A stretch of DNA of 64,000 nucleotides from Acidimicrobiales bacterium (GTDB taxonomy: Bacteria; Actinomycetota; Acidimicrobiia; Acidimicrobiales; Bog-793), in contig JBKQHU010000072.1 of NCBI GenBank assembly GCA_052148655.1, forward strand, positions 3,128 through 67,127. The letters run 5' to 3'. Position numbers and translations under genes: made by a program. The notes below the pieces were generated by a model. It saw only the letters and a list, made by a program, of their open reading frames with translations, was not told the origin of the DNA and ran no database searches. Below, in pieces: positions 59,079-64,000 of the stretch (the first letter of the stretch is position 1; each line of letters starts with the position of its first letter).

Positions 59079-60689
59079 TCACGCAGCCCGGCCTGTGGTT
59101 ACCGGCTGATCCCCGGCTCCTTCGCCTTCCGTTTCCATTCCGGATTGCAGTGGCTTCTTGGAGGCATTCTTCTGAGGCAGGAAGACAACGGTGAGGACAA
59201 CGCCAGCCAGAGCGACGCCAGCTGAGACCAGGAGTGCCGTGTCCATCCCGTGGACGAAGGCTCGTTGCACCGAGGTAAGTAGCGCCGGAGAGTGGAGCCT
59301 GCGGGCGACCGCCACGCCACCGAAGACGCTTTGGCGGACAGCCGCCACCGCGGCCGCCGGCAGACCGACCAGGTCGAGCCGGGCTAGGTAGCCGGAGCTG
59401 AGGACGCTGCCGAGGACGGCGATCCCGAGTGGAGCGCCGGTCTTGTTGACTGCCTGCATCACCCCCGAGCCGACGCCACTTTTCTCCTCCGACAGTTCAA
59501 CCAGGGCGGCGGACATTGTGGTGGCCATGGCGATTCCGACCCCGAGCCCGGCGACCGCCATCCATCCCGCCACGAAGAGGCCGCTCGAACCGACAGTCAT
59601 CGTTGACCCGAGGAACAACCCGACCGCGAGCAGGACGAAGCCGGCGGCCACGGCCACCTTGGCGCCCACCAGGCGCACGACCCGGGCCGCGGGAATGGCT
59701 CCGACCACGAGTCCGCCCACGAAAGGCAACAGCCTCAGCCCCGATCCCATGGCAGTCGTCCCGAGCACACCCTGGAAGTACTGCGGCATGGTGAACAAGG
59801 CGCCGAGCATGGCGACGATCGGGAACATGGAGAGGATCACCCCCCAGGTGAAAGAGGCCGAGGAGAAGAGCGAGAGGTCGAGCAACGGCTGACCGCCGAG
59901 CCGGCGGGTCAAGCGGCGCTCCCAGGCGAAGAAACCCACCAGCAGTGCCACGCCGCCCACCATCATGGCCAGGGCGTCGACATTGCCCCAGCCCTCCTGG
60001 CCAGCCTTGATCAGGCCATAGGTCAAGACGACTAGCCCCGTTGCCGAGGCCGCCATCCCGACGAGGTCCAGGCCTGGGCGTTTCAAGGCGCGGGACTCCG
60101 CCACCAAGGCGACGACGGCCGCAAAGGCGACCACGATGACGGGCACGTTGATCAGGAACACCCAGCCCCACCAGTAGTTCGTCAGCAGCCAACCACCGAG
60201 GATGGGGCCGATCGGGAAGGCCACGAAGGTGGCCGCCGACATGATCCCCACGGCCTTCGGTCGCTCCGCCTTGTTGAACAGCACCGTGAGGACGGAGAGC
60301 GCCGTGACAATCAGCCCGGCGCCGGCGAGGCCAACGAGCACCCGAGCGGCCATGAACTCGGCCACTGACCTCGAATAGGCACATCCCGCGGATCCCACCC
60401 CGAAGAGGGCCAAGGAGACGAGGAGGACCTTCTTGCGGCCGTAACGGTCGCCCAGAAGGCCTGCCGGAAGCATCGCGGCGGCGAGGACAAGAAAGTATCC
60501 CGACGAGAACCACTGGAGGTCAGACTCCGACGCGTGCAGCGCCTTAGACAGGGTGGGCAGGGCCACACTGAGCACGGTGCCGTCCACGCCTATCGCCAAC
60601 ACGGCCAAGGCCAAGGCGCCGAGCGCGAGCCACCTTAGCTTCGCGGAGGCTGCGGCGGATGCCGGCGGATTGTCCAGGACCGTCGTCAC
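59079..60689 (-). CDS. MFS drug efflux transporter, DHA2 (EmrB/QacA-like)
   Basis: D.TVLSVALP, GDRYGRKK, GPILGGWL...WWGWVFLINVP. Confidence 0.95.
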   Translation of the reverse strand: MTTVLDNPPASAAASAKLRWLALGALALAVLAIGVDGTVLSVALPTLSKALHASESDLQWFSSGYFLVLAAAMLPAGLLGDRYGRKKVLLVSLALFGVGSAGCAYSRSVAEFMAARVLVGLAGAGLIVTALSVLTVLFNKAERPKAVGIMSAATFVAFPIGPILGGWLLTNYWWGWVFLINVPVIVVAFAAVVALVAESRALKRPGLDLVGMAASATGLVVLTYGLIKAGQEGWGNVDALAMMVGGVALLVGFFAWERRLTRRLGGQPLLDLSLFSSASFTWGVILSMFPIVAMLGALFTMPQYFQGVLGTTAMGSGLRLLPFVGGLVVGAIPAARVVRLVGAKVAVAAGFVLLAVGLFLGSTMTVGSSGLFVAGWMAVAGLGVGIAMATTMSAALVELSEEKSGVGSGVMQAVNKTGAPLGIAVLGSVLSSGYLARLDLVGLPAAAVAAVRQSVFGGVAVARRLHSPALLTSVQRAFVHGMDTALLVSAGVALAGVVLTVVFLPQKNASKKPLQSGMETEGEGAGDQPVTTGRAA

Positions 60690-60792
60690 GGCGTGGCTCG
60701 ACTAGCTCGAGAGGCAACTAACCCGTCCCATAGATCAATCTGCTCGATCCTTGACTCGGTTGGCACAAGCGGGCAGGGCCACAAGTCCGTTA

Positions 60793-61965
60793 TCATCGTT
60801 GGTTACCCAATACCTCATCGAGCCAGTCGAACATGACACGATGCTTCAAACCGAAGTTATCCAGCTGTCGGTAGAAGCATCCATCCTCTGGTGTGAATAT
60901 GTGCAGTTCTGCGGTCCTGTTCGCGATGGTCGCAATGGCATCGCGGGCCTGCTGAAGAAGTTCCGGGTAGTCGTGCGAGTCATTGAGACCGAGCGTCGGG
61001 CAGGTGATACTGCCCGTGTCCACCTTCATCCTCTTGATGGCCTCAGGGCTGGTGAGCCCCCAGATCAGAGGAAGGACCGTCGCGGCGTTCGAGGCCAACG
61101 ATTCAGTGTCCGTAGATTCAGGAATGACGTGCTTGAAGAACAATGGCGCGATCGGCTCCATGTCGGAGACCAATGGATCGACCACACACGCGGCGATGCG
61201 GTGTTCGTACGCTACGGCGCGCGTCATGATGTATCCGCCACCCTCGCCGCCTCCATAGGCCGCGATCCTCGAGGCATCCACATCGCTTCGGGCACACAAG
61301 TAGTCAATCGCCGCCGTCACGGGCACCTCCGTGTCAGCACGGAACGCGAGGCCGTTGAAAGAGTTCAAACCGATGCCTGGCAGGTCGACCAGCAACGCGT
61401 TGTAACCCCGCTCAAGCGCGGGAGGGCCAACCCAGTAGTAGAGCTCCTCACTCGCATTATCACCAATGATGATCGTCGGTCGCCTTTGCCCGCTGGCATC
61501 GGGCCGAAGGAAGTACCCCGGGAGGACGGTCCCTTCATAGGGTATTGCGACAACCTCGATGGGGGGATCGCTGAGGGCCGCGAACCGCTGGAATAGCGTG
61601 CGCGACTTCGCGATCGTGGCCCGGTAGTCTGGATCGGAAACCGGTACCGACCACGCGGCATTGCGATAGTAGGTGACGGCGCGCAGGTAGGACTCCCTGG
61701 CGCTGACTCGATGCCCCTTACTTTCGGCAGTTCTCGCAATCTTCTCGACTCTTTCCGCGAGGGCATTCCAAGCCTCTCTCCAACTCTCGACATCTCCCTC
61801 CTGGATCAGGGCGGCGGCCGAGTAGCACTCCCCGATCTCGGATCCCTTGAAGCCATGCAGCGCCAGTGTGTGGAGAAAGGCCATGTCCGTGAAAGGGTCT
61901 TTGAAGTAGAGGCTATGCCTCTCCTGTTCACCAATATTTCCCGCGGTTTGTTCGGTCACAGCCAT
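60793..61965 (-). CDS. alpha/beta hydrolase-fold protein lacking canonical Ser and His
   Basis: paralogous to 62432-63715 (SARESYLRA, PYE...LPG, ERGYN...D.PG.G) but elbow reads YGGGEGGG and His loop reads EDGCFYRQ. Confidence 0.85.
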   Translation of the reverse strand: MAVTEQTAGNIGEQERHSLYFKDPFTDMAFLHTLALHGFKGSEIGECYSAAALIQEGDVESWREAWNALAERVEKIARTAESKGHRVSARESYLRAVTYYRNAAWSVPVSDPDYRATIAKSRTLFQRFAALSDPPIEVVAIPYEGTVLPGYFLRPDASGQRRPTIIIGDNASEELYYWVGPPALERGYNALLVDLPGIGLNSFNGLAFRADTEVPVTAAIDYLCARSDVDASRIAAYGGGEGGGYIMTRAVAYEHRIAACVVDPLVSDMEPIAPLFFKHVIPESTDTESLASNAATVLPLIWGLTSPEAIKRMKVDTGSITCPTLGLNDSHDYPELLQQARDAIATIANRTAELHIFTPEDGCFYRQLDNFGLKHRVMFDWLDEVLGNQR

Positions 61966-61994
61966 AGTTTCTCTTCCTAGTTCTTCCTTCTCGA

Positions 61995-62435
61995 TCACGT
62001 GATGGACTTCATCAAGCTCGCAACATCTGTGTATTCATGGATCCGATAGATCTTCCGCTGGGCGTTTATGTGATACACCACGCAGACGGGAGCTTTGTAT
62101 GAGTGTCCGACGAGCATGCTGGGCTCTCCGGAAAACTGCCAGTCAGAGTTCGTGGCGAAGTCGACGATCCCGCTGGCGACGGTGCCTTCATTGACGAACT
62201 CGAAGACACCCCATTCTGAGGTAGCAGCATCGAAGAGGATCTTCGGTGGCTGGGTTCTATCAAAGGCTCCTGCGCCTAGCCCCATGGCCTTCAGGACTGC
62301 CGGCTTTCCTCTTGAGACCTCCATCGTCGGCATCATCACGTATTCGCACCCACTGTCGATCATGTCCGAGGCGGCACCGAGATCACCATTCAGGGCTGCG
62401 TTGTAGAGCGACCAGAAAAGGGTGACGTTGGTCAC
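61995..62435 (-). CDS. SnoaL-like/NTF2-family protein
   Basis: YNAALNGDL, EFVNEGT, KIYRIHEYTD; coupled to both hydrolase genes. Confidence 0.75.
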   Translation of the reverse strand: MTNVTLFWSLYNAALNGDLGAASDMIDSGCEYVMMPTMEVSRGKPAVLKAMGLGAGAFDRTQPPKILFDAATSEWGVFEFVNEGTVASGIVDFATNSDWQFSGEPSMLVGHSYKAPVCVVYHINAQRKIYRIHEYTDVASLMKSIT

Positions 62436-63715
62436 GACTGGGGCCGCGATGGCTGTGCGAGGACCGCGTCAAGCCAGTCGAAGACCACCTGGTGCAGTCT
62501 GGACATGACCCCTTCTTGGCAGTGTGCGCCGCCTCCTTCTGCCGCTGGGAAGAGGTGGTAGGTCTTCTGGCAGCGAAGAGCCTCGTAGAGCCGGGACGAG
62601 TCGCAGGGGTCATTCTCACCATCGAGGACGAGCGTGGGACAGCTGACCAGTGGGGCGTAGCCTTCGAGGGTGTAGGGGGCGAAGGCGCGGAGGGCAGCCG
62701 CGGGGCTGTCTTCTCCGAATACCCACATACCCCACGGGAGGGCCGGGCCGAAAGTATTGGTTCTGGAGCTTATGATTTCCTTGATGAGGGCGTTTGCCTT
62801 CGTGTCGCTTGTGTCGAGGCCGTCGCCGATGAGCTTCATGATCTCGGGCCCAACCAGGAGGTGCACCAAGCCGGCGAACGAGTAGAGGCCGTCGTAGGCG
62901 ATGAGGGCGGCCAGGCGGTGCTCGCTGGCGGCGGCCCGAGGCGCGAGAAGGCCGCCGAGGCTCATCCCCATGAGCGCAATGCGGTCGGGGTCCACGTCCG
63001 GACGCTCCAAGAGCCAGTCGACAGCAGGGGTGACCACAGCTTCCCAGTCCGGGCGGAAGAGCAGCTTTTGGTCCCGAAGGGCGCTGCCTTGTCCGGGGCC
63101 GGCAAAGGCGAGCACGTGGTAGCCGCGGCGGGCGGCGGCCGCGCCGCCGGTGAAGTACAGCTCCTCCTCGGTGCTGTCGAAGCCGCCGTGGTACAAGAGC
63201 GTGGGCCGGGGACCGTCTGGGTCGCCGCCAGTGGGATGAGGCGTGCCCAGATCAGCCGGGATCCACCATCCGGGCAGGGTGGTGTCCTCGTAGGGGAAGC
63301 TCACCCGCTGCGGCGCCGGGTTCATCAGCTGCGCGGCCCGGGCGAAGCTCTCGACCGAGAGCTGGCCCACCTCGCGGACTTCGGGGTCATTCGAGGAGTC
63401 GACACGCAGGTAGAACTCGCACACCCGGTAGTAGTTGCTCGCCCGCAGGTAGGACTCGCGGGCACTGACGGGGTGCCCTCCGGCGGCGCTGCGATCGGCC
63501 TCGGCGTGAACCCGCTCGGCCAGCGCCCGCCACTCGGAGTACCAAGCGGTCAGGTCGCCGTCGGGGATCCGGCTCGCCGTGCTGGTGACTTCGCCGATGT
63601 CGGCGCCGCCGTACGCGGCGTAGCCGAGGGCCCGGAGCGTCTCGAAGGAGAAGGACTGGTCGTTGAAAAGCGCCCAAGTAGACGATGCTGGTTTGGTCGA
63701 GACTGTCGATGTCAT
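62432..63715 (-). CDS. alpha/beta hydrolase (FrsA/DHPON-hydrolase-like)
   Basis: GGFDSTEEE, GPGQG, GMSLGG nucleophile, GEND, GAHCQ; start at ATG 63715 after GGGAG. Confidence 0.92.
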   Translation of the reverse strand: MTSTVSTKPASSTWALFNDQSFSFETLRALGYAAYGGADIGEVTSTASRIPDGDLTAWYSEWRALAERVHAEADRSAAGGHPVSARESYLRASNYYRVCEFYLRVDSSNDPEVREVGQLSVESFARAAQLMNPAPQRVSFPYEDTTLPGWWIPADLGTPHPTGGDPDGPRPTLLYHGGFDSTEEELYFTGGAAAARRGYHVLAFAGPGQGSALRDQKLLFRPDWEAVVTPAVDWLLERPDVDPDRIALMGMSLGGLLAPRAAASEHRLAALIAYDGLYSFAGLVHLLVGPEIMKLIGDGLDTSDTKANALIKEIISSRTNTFGPALPWGMWVFGEDSPAAALRAFAPYTLEGYAPLVSCPTLVLDGENDPCDSSRLYEALRCQKTYHLFPAAEGGGAHCQEGVMSRLHQVVFDWLDAVLAQPSRPQS

Positions 63716-64000
63716 GGTGCTCCCGTAGCTAGGGAGACGCAGCTCCCGTACAAGGCGACATGACCGTGGGGCGGTCGTCCTTCCCGAACCAGGCGTCTCG
63801 TGGATCAATCTGCCAAGCCAGCGCCGCCAATGTCCGGTGCAACGCTCCCGGAGGCTGCCAATGGTCTAAGCAGAGTTCCAACACGGCTACGGGACTACCC
63901 GTCGTGTCACAACAGAGCCTAAACCAGGTCAGATTCCACTTCAACGAAAGCTGAGGCACCTCGAAGTGCCTGTCAGCAGTTCCACAGTCTCTTGGCGTTC

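Overview
High-GC actinobacterial window; the gene set and order suggest Acidimicrobiia, which is an inference. 1-18.9 kb is core chromosome: rplU, rne/rng, mrdA-mreDCB, an oppositely oriented cydABDC block, ndk, folC, clpX, clpP and tig. The rest is a stack of integrative islands around tRNA-Pro(TGG) and tRNA-Gly(TCC), with three tyrosine integrases. Island 1 (~19.0-32.3 kb) is unusual in duplicating the 5' part of tRNA-Pro, and it has matching CACGCCCTA tandem repeats at both ends. Beyond tRNA-Gly is a defence-rich region with three notable parts. (i) A complete-looking bacterial ubiquitination-like operon (Ubl, Ser-type E2, JAB-E1 fusion, DUF6527) with an extra coupled SDH/ClpP-fold protease and a divergent RHH regulator. 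(ii) A co-oriented run of a broken SIR2-APAZ/short Argonaute (SPARSA-type) locus, an Abi_C/HEPN gene, a membrane-anchored unknown, and a coupled OGG-fold glycosylase + HExxH peptidase pair. (iii) A 1058-aa Mrr-like nuclease fused to helical repeats with no NTPase. The window ends in a hydrolase/SnoaL/pseudo-hydrolase/MFS cluster. All family calls come from motif recognition by eye; no searches were run.
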